In this document: piece by piece, positions 1 through 9,286 of the stretch
How positions within the stretch are numbered: the stretch's first letter is position 1
Layout of the letters: the number at the start of each line of letters is the position of its first letter
Assembly (NCBI GenBank): GCA_964405655.1
Contig: CAYOOO010000002.1
Span: forward strand, 2,022-66,021
Direction of reading: 5' to 3'
DNA: 64,000 bases
Source of the DNA: an uncultured Gammaproteobacteria bacterium
GTDB lineage: Bacteria > Patescibacteriota > Microgenomatia > Daviesbacterales > UBA10151
Notes under the pieces: model-generated
Databases searched by the model: none
What the model saw: the letters and a program-made list of their open reading frames with translations, nothing else
What the model was told of the DNA's origin: nothing
Position numbers and translations under genes: made by a program

Positions 1-1278
1 AAGTCGCAAATAGCAACAATTAATAGTTATAGATCAGAAATTAATAGTTTGATACAGATAACATCACCTCTTAAAGAGGTAGAGCCAGTAACTTTTAATC
101 TTAAAACCAGTTCAAAAATCTTTTTAAGTGATTATAAAAGAATAGCTGAGAATGCAAATGCTTTACAGGTAGAAATAGATAGAAGGGTAAGTTGCTTAAG
201 AGAGGGTAAGGCTTGCCAAAGACCTGCTTTTAGCTTCGTTAAGATTGATAAAATCTACCCAATTCCTGAAGATAAAGCACCAGAAAGACTACTTGATAAA
301 AAGACAGTACTAAATTATCCTCAGTTAAAAAGAGAAATTAAAGTCAGAGGTCCATATCAGGCTTATAGCCCCTGTACCGGACTAAATGAACAGGATCTCA
401 GTTGGCCTAATCTACCTTATTACATCTCTGATTTATCTACAACTAATATTGAGTTTCCTGATATTCCAGCTTATAGATTTGAACTTGCTTCAAATGTGTT
501 TTTCAGAAGAGTCAATAAAACCCCCATTTTACCTGGAGACGATCAAATAAATAAATTAGGCTTAGATTATATCTATCAGTCAGCAACAGCAATTTATATG
601 TGTCCTTATCAGGCTTATTTTAATGAAATTACCCAAAATGATCTTTTCTTAAAAGAGAACAAACCATTTTTAAATAACTTCAAATCTTTAAAGAACTTAC
701 CCCCAAGCTTTAGTAAAATTGTTAGTCAAGCTAAATCTTATGAAGAAACAATTTTTAGCAAAAGGTATCAGTCATTTGCTGATTTGGAGAATTTAGCCAA
801 TTTGTACGGTTACTTGTACCGTTTAGTAGCTGAAGGAAGAAACTTTAAAGAATCTGACCAGATAAACCCTCTTAAAGAAGAGCTATTAAGAAGAAGTTTA
901 ATTATCAAAAGAAAATTAGGGGGTTATAATTTAGTTTTAAATAGTGTTCTATTTCACCTTCGGACAAGTACCTATAGAGAGATCATCCGACCCAATCCAG
1001 ATCTAAATACTGTAGTAGCATATAACTATTTTATGAATACAGCTTATAGCCTAATGTACCTCCCCTTTACTAGATCAGTTTGGAGGTTGAGTGATAATTT
1101 ACAATATCATGACAAAGTCTTAGTGAAAGGTGTGATTGGTTTTGAAGGACCATACTTTGATTATTACCAAGCTTTGGAAAGATATTCTAAAGAGGGTATA
1201 AGTAAGTGGTTTGTTCATGAGGTAGAAATTCTAGCAGATTTAGCACAAGAAGAATTAAAAACTAATTATCCCCAATAA
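1..1278 (+). CDS. Hypothetical protein, probably 5'-partial
   Basis: Frame is open from base 1 to the stop at 1278 (track start 49 is a TTG); no recognisable motif. Confidence 0.7.
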   Translation, partial: KSQIATINSYRSEINSLIQITSPLKEVEPVTFNLKTSSKIFLSDYKRIAENANALQVEIDRRVSCLREGKACQRPAFSFVKIDKIYPIPEDKAPERLLDKKTVLNYPQLKREIKVRGPYQAYSPCTGLNEQDLSWPNLPYYISDLSTTNIEFPDIPAYRFELASNVFFRRVNKTPILPGDDQINKLGLDYIYQSATAIYMCPYQAYFNEITQNDLFLKENKPFLNNFKSLKNLPPSFSKIVSQAKSYEETIFSKRYQSFADLENLANLYGYLYRLVAEGRNFKESDQINPLKEELLRRSLIIKRKLGGYNLVLNSVLFHLRTSTYREIIRPNPDLNTVVAYNYFMNTAYSLMYLPFTRSVWRLSDNLQYHDKVLVKGVIGFEGPYFDYYQALERYSKEGISKWFVHEVEILADLAQEELKTNYPQ

Positions 1279-1314
1279 AAAACAGGAGCGTCCGTCTGCC
1301 TCGCTCCTGTTTTT
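1278..1314. terminator. Intrinsic terminator, possibly bidirectional
   Basis: aaaaacaggagcg-loop-cgctcctgttttt hairpin directly after the stop. Confidence 0.8.
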
Positions 1315-1783
1315 GAAGATAATATTTAACTTCCCAAATTATATCCAAAGTAGTATAAAAGTCAATATATCAAAATACATAAAAAGAGATTAAGTCTATT
1401 ACCGCATAGCCTCAAATAATTACTTACAGACCTATAACTAAATTATAAAATATATCTTAATAATATCTAAATATATCTACTATAAATCAAATAAATACAA
1501 ATCTATTTTGTGAAAACTATGTGAAAAAAATATGTGTAATTAAACAAACATATCTTATAGTTATATATGTTCAGGAAAATTTTGATTAAAGGTAAGTAGT
1601 AGTAAGCTGCTATAATAATCCAAACATTTCAAATTTATATTTAGCACTTGAAATAATTAAGTGATTGTTAATCCTGTAATTCAGAAGTTTTACAAATATA
1701 GGATGTTTTAAATTTATTCCAGAGTAAGACTTGCACTTAACAATAGTTGTATTTAAAATTAGATGTAACTAAAGTTATAACAT

Positions 1784-4198
1784 ATGAAAAAATATCTACC
1801 AAAGGAGATAGAAAGTAAATGGCAAAGAAAATGGGCAAAGGATAAACTTTATTTTACTGACTTGTCAAACTGGAAAAATAAATACTACGTTTTAGTAGAA
1901 CTTCCTTATACCTCAGGTGACTTGCATATAGGTCATTGGTTTACCTTCAGCAAAGGTGATATTTTAGCCAGATTTAAAAGAATGCAAGGATTTAATGTTG
2001 TTTTTCCCAACGGTTATGACACCTTTGGCCTTCCAGCGGAGAATGCAGCTATAAAAAACAAGATGCATCCTAAGGACTGGACGTATGCAAATATCAAAAA
2101 GATGAGAATACAATTTGAGACTATGGGAACAGTTATTGACTGGACTAAAACTGCTATAACATGCGACCCTGACTACTATAAGTGGAACCAATGGGTTTTT
2201 CTAAAGATGTTTGAAAAAGGGATTGCCTATAAAGGTAAAAATATCTCAAACTGGTGCCCTTCATGTCAAACTGTATTAGCAGATGAAAACGTTGAAAATG
2301 GAAAATGTTGGAGGTGCGGGACTGAGGTTGACAAAAAAGAAATAGAACAATGGTTCTTTAAAATAACCCAGTATGCAGACGAGTTAATCTGGAAAGATCA
2401 AGACGATTACGATTGGCCAAAGTCATTAAAAGATGCTCAAAACCAGTGGATAGGTAGAAGCGAAGGTGCAGAGATAGAGTTCAGAGTAGAAAATTCAGAA
2501 TCCAGGATTAAAGTGTTTACTGTCTTTCCGGAAACAATTTATGGAGTTACCTATATGGTTTTAGCTCCAGAACATCCCCTGGTTAATGAGCTTACAACTA
2601 AGCAGCAGAAAGATTTAGTATCAAAATATAAAGAAATAGCTCAAAAGAAGACAGAACAAGAGAGAAAAGAAGGACAGAAAGACAAAACAGGTGTCTTTAC
2701 AGGTTCTCACTGTATAAACCCTGTTAATAATAATAAAATTCCTATCTGGATAGCTGATTATGTGATTTCATCTTATGGTACTGGTGCAGTGATGGGTGTA
2801 CCGGCTTCAGACCATAGGGATTTTGCTTTTGCAAAAAAATATGGCTTGGAAATAATTCGAGTAATTGGAAAAGATAAAAGCGATGATGGTCCGGTTAGGA
2901 CTGAAGAAGAAGTTTTAGAAGAAGGAGTCTTGGTAAATTCAGGACAGTTTAGCCTTTTACAAAGTCCTGAACCAGCTAAGGAAAGAATCATTAAGTATTT
3001 AGAGAAAGAAGGCTATGGTAAAAGAACCATTCAATATCATCTCCACGATTGGTCTGTATCTCGTCAAAGGTATTGGGGCACTCCAATACCGATAATTTAC
3101 TGCGATAGCTGTGGAGTAGTATCTGTACCCTATGAGGATTTACCTGTAGTTTTACCAGATAAAGTTGATTATGCTCCAAAAGGTAAAGCTCCACTGGCTA
3201 CAGCTGAAGAATGGGTCAGAGTCAAATGTCCTAGATGTGGCAAAGAAGCTAAAAGAGAAGTTGAAACAATGGATGGATTTGTAGATAACTCCTGGTATTT
3301 TTTTAGATATCTAGATCCCAATAATAAAAAAGAGATCTTTGATAAAAAAATTATTTCAAATTGGATGCCAATTCAGATTTATATAGGAGGAGGGGAGCAT
3401 ACTTATGGTCATGCTCTTTATTCAAGGTTTTTTAATAAGTTTTTTAAAGATATTGGGCTGGTTAGCTTTGATGAATATACCATAAAAAGGATCCATCATG
3501 GTGTTATTTTGGGACCTGACAGCCATAGAATGAGTAAATCAAGAGGAAATGTTGTCAATCCAGATGACCAAGCCTCAGACTATGGTTCAGATGCTGTTAG
3601 AATCTACCTTTCTTTTCTAGGTCCTTTCGATATTGTCACACCTTGGAACCCAAGTGGTATCAATGGGATTTATCATTTTATCCAGCGGGTTTGTGCTCTT
3701 TTTGATAAGGTTTCAGATATAGAGCCTAGTAATAAAGACCTAACATTTATGCATAAAACAATCAAAAGAGTAACTAAAGATTTAGAAGAACTAGCCAACA
3801 ATACTGCTATAGCAGCCTTAATGGAGTGGTTAAACTATTTGAGCAGAAAAGACAAGATCTCAAAAGAGGAATATAAAAATTATTTGAAATTACTTGCTCC
3901 CTTTGCTCCCCATATTACTGAGGAACTATGGGAAATGTTAGGAGAAAAATATTCCATTCATCAGACTGCTTGGCCAGAGGTAGATGAAAACTATCTTAAA
4001 GAAGTAACCTTTGTTATACCTGTTCAAGTCAATGGAAAGGTTAGAGATACCTTAAATATATCAGCCGAAGAAGCTTGGGATGAAGGAAAAGTAGAGAAAG
4101 CGGCTCTGGAACTTTCTAAAGTCAAGAAATTTGTTGATGGGAAAAAGGTGATCAAAAGAGTTTATATACCAGGTAAAATTTTAAATCTAGTAGTCTAA
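1784..4198 (+). CDS. leuS: Leucine--tRNA ligase
   Basis: PYTSGDLHIGH (HIGH), RMSKS (KMSKS), SRQRYWGTPIP, C-terminal QVNGKVR. Confidence 0.98.
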   Translation: MKKYLPKEIESKWQRKWAKDKLYFTDLSNWKNKYYVLVELPYTSGDLHIGHWFTFSKGDILARFKRMQGFNVVFPNGYDTFGLPAENAAIKNKMHPKDWTYANIKKMRIQFETMGTVIDWTKTAITCDPDYYKWNQWVFLKMFEKGIAYKGKNISNWCPSCQTVLADENVENGKCWRCGTEVDKKEIEQWFFKITQYADELIWKDQDDYDWPKSLKDAQNQWIGRSEGAEIEFRVENSESRIKVFTVFPETIYGVTYMVLAPEHPLVNELTTKQQKDLVSKYKEIAQKKTEQERKEGQKDKTGVFTGSHCINPVNNNKIPIWIADYVISSYGTGAVMGVPASDHRDFAFAKKYGLEIIRVIGKDKSDDGPVRTEEEVLEEGVLVNSGQFSLLQSPEPAKERIIKYLEKEGYGKRTIQYHLHDWSVSRQRYWGTPIPIIYCDSCGVVSVPYEDLPVVLPDKVDYAPKGKAPLATAEEWVRVKCPRCGKEAKREVETMDGFVDNSWYFFRYLDPNNKKEIFDKKIISNWMPIQIYIGGGEHTYGHALYSRFFNKFFKDIGLVSFDEYTIKRIHHGVILGPDSHRMSKSRGNVVNPDDQASDYGSDAVRIYLSFLGPFDIVTPWNPSGINGIYHFIQRVCALFDKVSDIEPSNKDLTFMHKTIKRVTKDLEELANNTAIAALMEWLNYLSRKDKISKEEYKNYLKLLAPFAPHITEELWEMLGEKYSIHQTAWPEVDENYLKEVTFVIPVQVNGKVRDTLNISAEEAWDEGKVEKAALELSKVKKFVDGKKVIKRVYIPGKILNLVV

Positions 4199-4254
4199 AC
4201 AAAGCTAATTATTGCTTGACTAATTTTTGGCTTCTGCCATACAATCCTTTTAAG

Positions 4255-4686
4255 ATGCCCTTAACTAAGAGTTTAAGCCAGAGAATTTCTAAATCAAAAA
4301 GAACAGACCAGTGGTTACTATCCCGTCTCGATTTGCTATGGTCAAATTACTTTCAGGACGTTCAACAGTTGAATCCAGTCTTTATTAGATTTGGCCGTTT
4401 TTCAAAATATCGATTAGGCTCTATCAGATTGGAAAAGGCTAATAACCGCTCTTTTATAACCATTACAGGGATGTTTAAGGATGAAAAAATTCCAGTTGAA
4501 GTTATTGATCACACTATTGCTCATGAACTCTGTCACTATACTCACGGTTTTTCTTCACCTAAGCCTAGGCTTCACAGATATCCTCACCATGGTGGGGTAA
4601 TTAAAGAGGAGTTAGAAGGTAGGGGACTTCATCACTTGGTTAAATCTTATCAAAGGTGGCTAAAAGTATATCGAAAATCCCTCTAA
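4255..4686 (+). CDS. SprT-like zinc-dependent metalloprotease
   Basis: HELCH zincin motif plus distal HHG; ATG 4255 follows TTGACT(4216)/TACAAT(4240) promoter. Confidence 0.7.
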   Translation: MPLTKSLSQRISKSKRTDQWLLSRLDLLWSNYFQDVQQLNPVFIRFGRFSKYRLGSIRLEKANNRSFITITGMFKDEKIPVEVIDHTIAHELCHYTHGFSSPKPRLHRYPHHGGVIKEELEGRGLHHLVKSYQRWLKVYRKSL

Positions 4687-4699
4687 AAATCGTTTCTAG

Positions 4700-5317
4700 T
4701 TGCAAACATTAACTAAACGAGTATATTCTGAGTTTGTGGAATCTCTTAATGGAGTTGTGGAAAAATACAAATACCCAATAATCTTAAGTTTTATTGGGTT
4801 AGTTTTAATCATTGGGGGTATTTTTTCTTCAGGCATTATCAAGGGTAACAAAGCTTTCCCTAAAGAGAGTCTGGTAGATATCAAACCAGCTAGTCAAGTC
4901 AAAGTGGATCTTTCTGGGGCTGTCAAAAAACCAGCTGTTTATAGTCTAAATGTTAATTCACGGGTTGAGGATGTTGTTAATCTGGCTGGTGGATTTTCAG
5001 AAAACGTTAATAAAGAATATATCTCAAAATACTTAAATCTATCCGCTAAATTGGCGGATGGACAGAAGATCTATATTCCCTTTGAAGGAGAGAATTTTGG
5101 AGCGACTGGTGGCGTAGCTGGTGTCAAAATCAACAGTAAAGTTGGTATCAATAGCTCGAGCCAGTCTCAGTTAGAAGATTTACCTGGAGTAGGTCCAGCT
5201 ACAGCTGAAAAAATAATCTCCGGACGCCCATATAGTGATATCGCTGAACTGACTAGCAAAAAGATAATTTCCAAAGCTGTTTTTGAAAAGATAAAAGAGT
5301 TAATTGATATAAATTAA
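4700..5317 (+). CDS. comEA: Competence DNA receptor ComEA (TM, SLBB, HhH)
   Basis: VDLSGAVKKPAVY, LNLSAKLADGQKIYIP, LEDLPGVGPATAEKII; start uncertain. Confidence 0.92.
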   Translation: MQTLTKRVYSEFVESLNGVVEKYKYPIILSFIGLVLIIGGIFSSGIIKGNKAFPKESLVDIKPASQVKVDLSGAVKKPAVYSLNVNSRVEDVVNLAGGFSENVNKEYISKYLNLSAKLADGQKIYIPFEGENFGATGGVAGVKINSKVGINSSSQSQLEDLPGVGPATAEKIISGRPYSDIAELTSKKIISKAVFEKIKELIDIN

Positions 5318-5319
5318 TC

Positions 5320-6360
5320 TTGTTTACCAGATATTTTCTACTAATTCTACTTTTTCTGTTGATTTTTTTCTGGCGAATAGAACAGATTGGAGGTTTAGAA
5401 AAAGGTGTTAGTGACCCTGAAATCGAGAAGATATCTGCTCTCTTTCAGCCTGCCCAGATCTATTTAGCTCAACAGCCTCAGCTTATTCTTGATCAACCTC
5501 AAGCTGGATTGCTCTCGGGAATGGTTTTAGGGGTAAAGAGTTTAATCCCATCTGATTTAACCAAAGCTCTTCGTAGAACTTCAACAATTCATATTGTGGT
5601 AGTTTCAGGTCAAAACTTGACTATGCTAGCAGGATTAATTTTGAACTTAGCTCCCTTACTGGGTAGAAGAAAGGTAATAGTTATTGGCTTACTAGCAGTT
5701 TTAGTTTATGCACTAATTAGTGGTTTACAAGTCCCGGTTATTAGAGCAGCAATTATGGTTACTTTTGCCTCACTGGCTAAGCTTCTGGGCAGGGAAGAGG
5801 ATTCCATCTTAGTCTTGCTTTTGACAGCCTCTATTATGCTAATTTATAATCCTAATTGGCTCCTGTCTGTATCTTTTCAGCTTTCGTTCTTAGCAACAAT
5901 CGGGGTAGTAATCTTAGCCCCTGAGATTATAAATAGATTTGGCTTTATCCCTAATTTAATCAAACAAGATTTGGCAGTTTCTTTGGCTGCTCAAATCATG
6001 ACTCTGCCAGTCATAGCATTCCAATTCCATCAAATCAGCTTAGTTGGTATACTAACTAATAGTTTGATATTGTTTACTATACCAATTATTATGGTAAGTG
6101 GTAGCGTGGCAATTTTTGTTTCCCTGATTAATCTAACTTTAGGTCAACTATTGACAGTTATCCCAGCGATCTTCCTAACTTATTTTATTTATATCGTTGA
6201 ACTTTTCAATACTAAATGGGCAAGTATCTATATGGGAAAAATAAGCTGGCTAGTTTGGCTAGGTTATTATATCCTAATTCTGGCTACTTTTATCTTTTTA
6301 AAACAAATAAACGGTAGAAAAAAATTGGATCCAGGACAAAATTTTATGGGTAAATTTTGA
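5320..6360 (+). CDS. comEC: ComEC/Rec2 competence channel (core domain only)
   Basis: HIVVVSGQN, PVIRAAIM, SFQLSFLAT; follows comEA. Confidence 0.92.
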   Translation: MFTRYFLLILLFLLIFFWRIEQIGGLEKGVSDPEIEKISALFQPAQIYLAQQPQLILDQPQAGLLSGMVLGVKSLIPSDLTKALRRTSTIHIVVVSGQNLTMLAGLILNLAPLLGRRKVIVIGLLAVLVYALISGLQVPVIRAAIMVTFASLAKLLGREEDSILVLLLTASIMLIYNPNWLLSVSFQLSFLATIGVVILAPEIINRFGFIPNLIKQDLAVSLAAQIMTLPVIAFQFHQISLVGILTNSLILFTIPIIMVSGSVAIFVSLINLTLGQLLTVIPAIFLTYFIYIVELFNTKWASIYMGKISWLVWLGYYILILATFIFLKQINGRKKLDPGQNFMGKF

Positions 6361-6375
6361 TTTTTAGCTACGATA

Positions 6376-6384
6376 TGATATAAT
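6376..6384 (+). promoter_or_regulatory. Extended -10 promoter for the T-box leader
   Basis: TGaTATAAT about 25 nt upstream of the structured leader. Confidence 0.6.
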
Positions 6385-6407
6385 TATCAAACAACAAAAT
6401 ACTAAAA

Positions 6408-6635
6408 GCGTTCGTATTGGAGTCGCGATCCAAGAGCTGGAAGCCAAAATGCTTCCCGGAGACGAAACCGTCAAAGACAGTAACGTGTGTCGCGGAGTTT
6501 ATGCTGAGCGCAGTCGAAGCAGAGCACGTCAGGAATGAGGTCCGCCAGCTGGCGGATAAAGCAAGGTGGCACCGCCAATTTAAAAGGCCCTTGTTTGTTC
6601 ATCTAAGTTATAGGTGAGCAAGCAAGGGCTTTTTT
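6408..6635 (+). promoter_or_regulatory. T-box riboswitch (transcriptional)
   Basis: Antiterminator GCAAGG(6561-66)-bulge TGGCACC(6567-73)-GCC/GGC-CCTTGT, overlapped by a 19-bp terminator 6587-6629 plus T6; structured 5' region. Confidence 0.9.
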
Positions 6636-6652
6636 AAAGCTTAAAAAATATT

Positions 6653-8134
6653 ATGTTAGTCGAAACATATCAAAATAAAATATACGAGAGAGAAAAAGAC
6701 AGGTTTCTGGCTGGCTTTTCCAAACCCGGAGTTGATACGGGAAAAATTATTATAGGCTTTATAGGACAAAATCAGGATCAGGTTCATATTGTCGATTTGC
6801 CAACTCAAGAAGCTTTGCTTGTAATAGCTGATATTAGAGCTGGCCAAAAAGCAGTAGCTGCCTCCAGAACACTAGCCTTTTCCTATGCGCAGAAGTTCTT
6901 GTTTGATAAAGGGGTGTCTGTGCCAGATTTAAAGGCTAGAATGGCTGGTGCTGCCTTCCAGACAATGATGTTTAATATAGGAGTTAAACATCCATTTTTT
7001 TCAGAAGAAACAAAGAATGGCCAAACTAAAGAAGCTAAAAGGTTAACTCCAGAAGGAAGAATACTAGCTGAGGCTATGTTTACGAAGGCCCATCCGAAGG
7101 GGGTTGATAGATTATTGCCTAGTATACTAACTGAGGTAGCCAAACCAGCAAATAACAGTTTCTTTGGCATATTTGGTAAATACTTAGGTTCAACTACCTC
7201 ACCCCAGTTACAATCTGAACTAGAAGCTAGGTTTGGTTGGTATCAGGCAGCTCATTTACCACTAGAACTTGTTTTAGTTTTGAGTTTAGAGAAATTCCCT
7301 TGTCCTCTAAAATCCTTTGATGGCCTGCCTGATCTGGCAGAAGTTGGTCAACTGCTTAAGTTCAAAAAGCTGCAAGAGGAACTTAGGGATTTACATCCAG
7401 CTGGGATAAAACTAATAGTGGTTAATGAATCACCAGCCTTTTTAGGTTTCTCTTCGAATCCTGAGGTAAAAACCGCTGAAATAGAGGCATATAAGAACAA
7501 ATTTTTAGAGCTTGCACAAAAACTGGGTATAGGCGGAAGCGTCCAAGTTGAGGATATGGAAGCCCTGTTTAGAGGTTCTAAAAGGGAAGAGTTTGATACT
7601 ATTATATCCCAAGCCAAATTGACTGAAGAAGAATTAGATCTTCACAGAAGAATTGAGTTTACCAACGTAGATTTAACCAAGCTTTTCAGCCCTGAAATGA
7701 TAGCTTCATTGTCCATAGCTGATTTACTGGCAATCTATAGCGGTAGATACTCGATTGCAGGTTTTGATCAACCTCAAAGAGCTCTAAACCCGGCTCAATC
7801 GAGTCTAGTTTCAGCTATAGAATCACAGGCAACTTTTCAAGCAGAAGCTTTTAAAGCTTATTGCATAGCCAGGTCAGCTGTTCAAAACAAATATTTGGCA
7901 GAATTTGGAGTCACCAGAGGCCCATATATTAAAATAAACTGCATTGAAAAATCTGACCAGGCATATTTTCCCTTAAGTGATAGCAGGGTACTACCTCAGC
8001 ACGGAGTAGGGGTATTAACCACTAAGGGAAAAATTAAAGTCATCCCTCTAATTGTTCCAGTGTTTGAAGCTGAGAAGTATTTATTAGTTGAAGATCCAGA
8101 TTTAGAAATTAAATACTTAAAGGAGGTGGCATAA
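6653..8134 (+). CDS. PvcA/Dit1 (isocyanide synthase family)-like protein with N-terminal extension
   Basis: FPCPLKSFDGLPDLAE, HPAGIKLIVVNES, C-terminal LPQHGVGV resemble family motifs LPDxAE, YxPG, TPWH. Confidence 0.7.
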   Translation: MLVETYQNKIYEREKDRFLAGFSKPGVDTGKIIIGFIGQNQDQVHIVDLPTQEALLVIADIRAGQKAVAASRTLAFSYAQKFLFDKGVSVPDLKARMAGAAFQTMMFNIGVKHPFFSEETKNGQTKEAKRLTPEGRILAEAMFTKAHPKGVDRLLPSILTEVAKPANNSFFGIFGKYLGSTTSPQLQSELEARFGWYQAAHLPLELVLVLSLEKFPCPLKSFDGLPDLAEVGQLLKFKKLQEELRDLHPAGIKLIVVNESPAFLGFSSNPEVKTAEIEAYKNKFLELAQKLGIGGSVQVEDMEALFRGSKREEFDTIISQAKLTEEELDLHRRIEFTNVDLTKLFSPEMIASLSIADLLAIYSGRYSIAGFDQPQRALNPAQSSLVSAIESQATFQAEAFKAYCIARSAVQNKYLAEFGVTRGPYIKINCIEKSDQAYFPLSDSRVLPQHGVGVLTTKGKIKVIPLIVPVFEAEKYLLVEDPDLEIKYLKEVA

Positions 8135-9246
8135 TGAAATTAATTAATAAAGAGATAGCAGCTTATATCCCTTTTAAGCTTAGTCTTAAAAGCAAAGGTA
8201 AAATTAAACCATTCTTAAAGCCCAAACTTGTTTCTCAAGAAACTATTAAAAAGATCTTGCCTCAGCTTAAAGTTAGCTTGCCTAAAGAAGGTTCTATTTC
8301 AGAACAAGTATTTTCAATTTTAGTTAACCCTGAAATTAGATACGGGAATCTAGACTATCTGAATAAAAGTAAAAGCTATCTTTTATCTTTAATCAACAAA
8401 CTGCTTAAAGAAAAAAAACCTCTGATATTCCATATTGCGGGTTTTCCTCACAAAATGCCAAATCCTTTCTATACAACTCAAGTTGAGCCTGATTTAGGGG
8501 AATTAATGTTTCTTTGGAGGCTTGAGTCTATTGCCAGAATTTTGGAGCAAATCTACCCCTACGGGGTCAAAATAGTAATTTGTTTAGAGGGAACAGTGTT
8601 TCATTATCTGTCGATGATCTCTAGGCTTGAAGCTCAAAATTATCAGGAATTAGTTAAGAATTTAGCTTTAACTTATGATTTTGAGCACCTAAAGTTTTTA
8701 GATTTAGTTGAAACTCACTCTCAAACCAAGAATTGGGATGAGCAAGTTAGGATCAAAAGCCTAAAACTCTATCAACTCTATCAAAAAGGGGATAAGGAAG
8801 TAGTAGCCCAGCTAAAAAGGACTTGGCCTGTCATATTTACAACTCTAAATATGAGATCCTTACAGAGTAAGGAAATTATTTCTATGTTTAAAGCTGCCAA
8901 TAAAGGCTTTAAAGAGACAGTTAAAAGTAAATACCATCACCTAGCTTTATTTGCTTTTGAATCTAGCTTGACCTATCTTGCCTACAACGAGATCAAAAGA
9001 GAGTCAAAAGTAATTGAGAAAGCTATTTCGGCTGGTATAAAGATGTCAGTGGTTCCAAAGCTTAATGCATTTGGAATCTGGTGGGTTCAAAAAGATGAGT
9101 ACAAACTGCCTTATTATGGTTTGCCTTTAGTAAAAGATAACTCCTTTAAAGCTATAGAATACGCTTTTGATGCAAAAAGAATTTATAATCTTCAACCAGT
9201 TTTAATAAAAGGGTCTAGGCAGCCTTTCTTTTTCGAGGTAGTGTAA
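8134..9246 (+). CDS. PvcA/Dit1 (isocyanide synthase family)-like protein
   Basis: AGFPHKMPN...PDLGE...IYPYGVKIVICLEG...IKMSV...LPYYG; TAATG coupling to the upstream paralog. Confidence 0.78.
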   Translation: MKLINKEIAAYIPFKLSLKSKGKIKPFLKPKLVSQETIKKILPQLKVSLPKEGSISEQVFSILVNPEIRYGNLDYLNKSKSYLLSLINKLLKEKKPLIFHIAGFPHKMPNPFYTTQVEPDLGELMFLWRLESIARILEQIYPYGVKIVICLEGTVFHYLSMISRLEAQNYQELVKNLALTYDFEHLKFLDLVETHSQTKNWDEQVRIKSLKLYQLYQKGDKEVVAQLKRTWPVIFTTLNMRSLQSKEIISMFKAANKGFKETVKSKYHHLALFAFESSLTYLAYNEIKRESKVIEKAISAGIKMSVVPKLNAFGIWWVQKDEYKLPYYGLPLVKDNSFKAIEYAFDAKRIYNLQPVLIKGSRQPFFFEVV

Positions 9247-9286
9247 ATTTAATTCAACAAGCTTATTTCTGTGATATGATTTATCT

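Noticed and set aside
6417-6617. 66-aa ORF
   Set aside because: Overlaps the T-box leader; TTG start and no protein features
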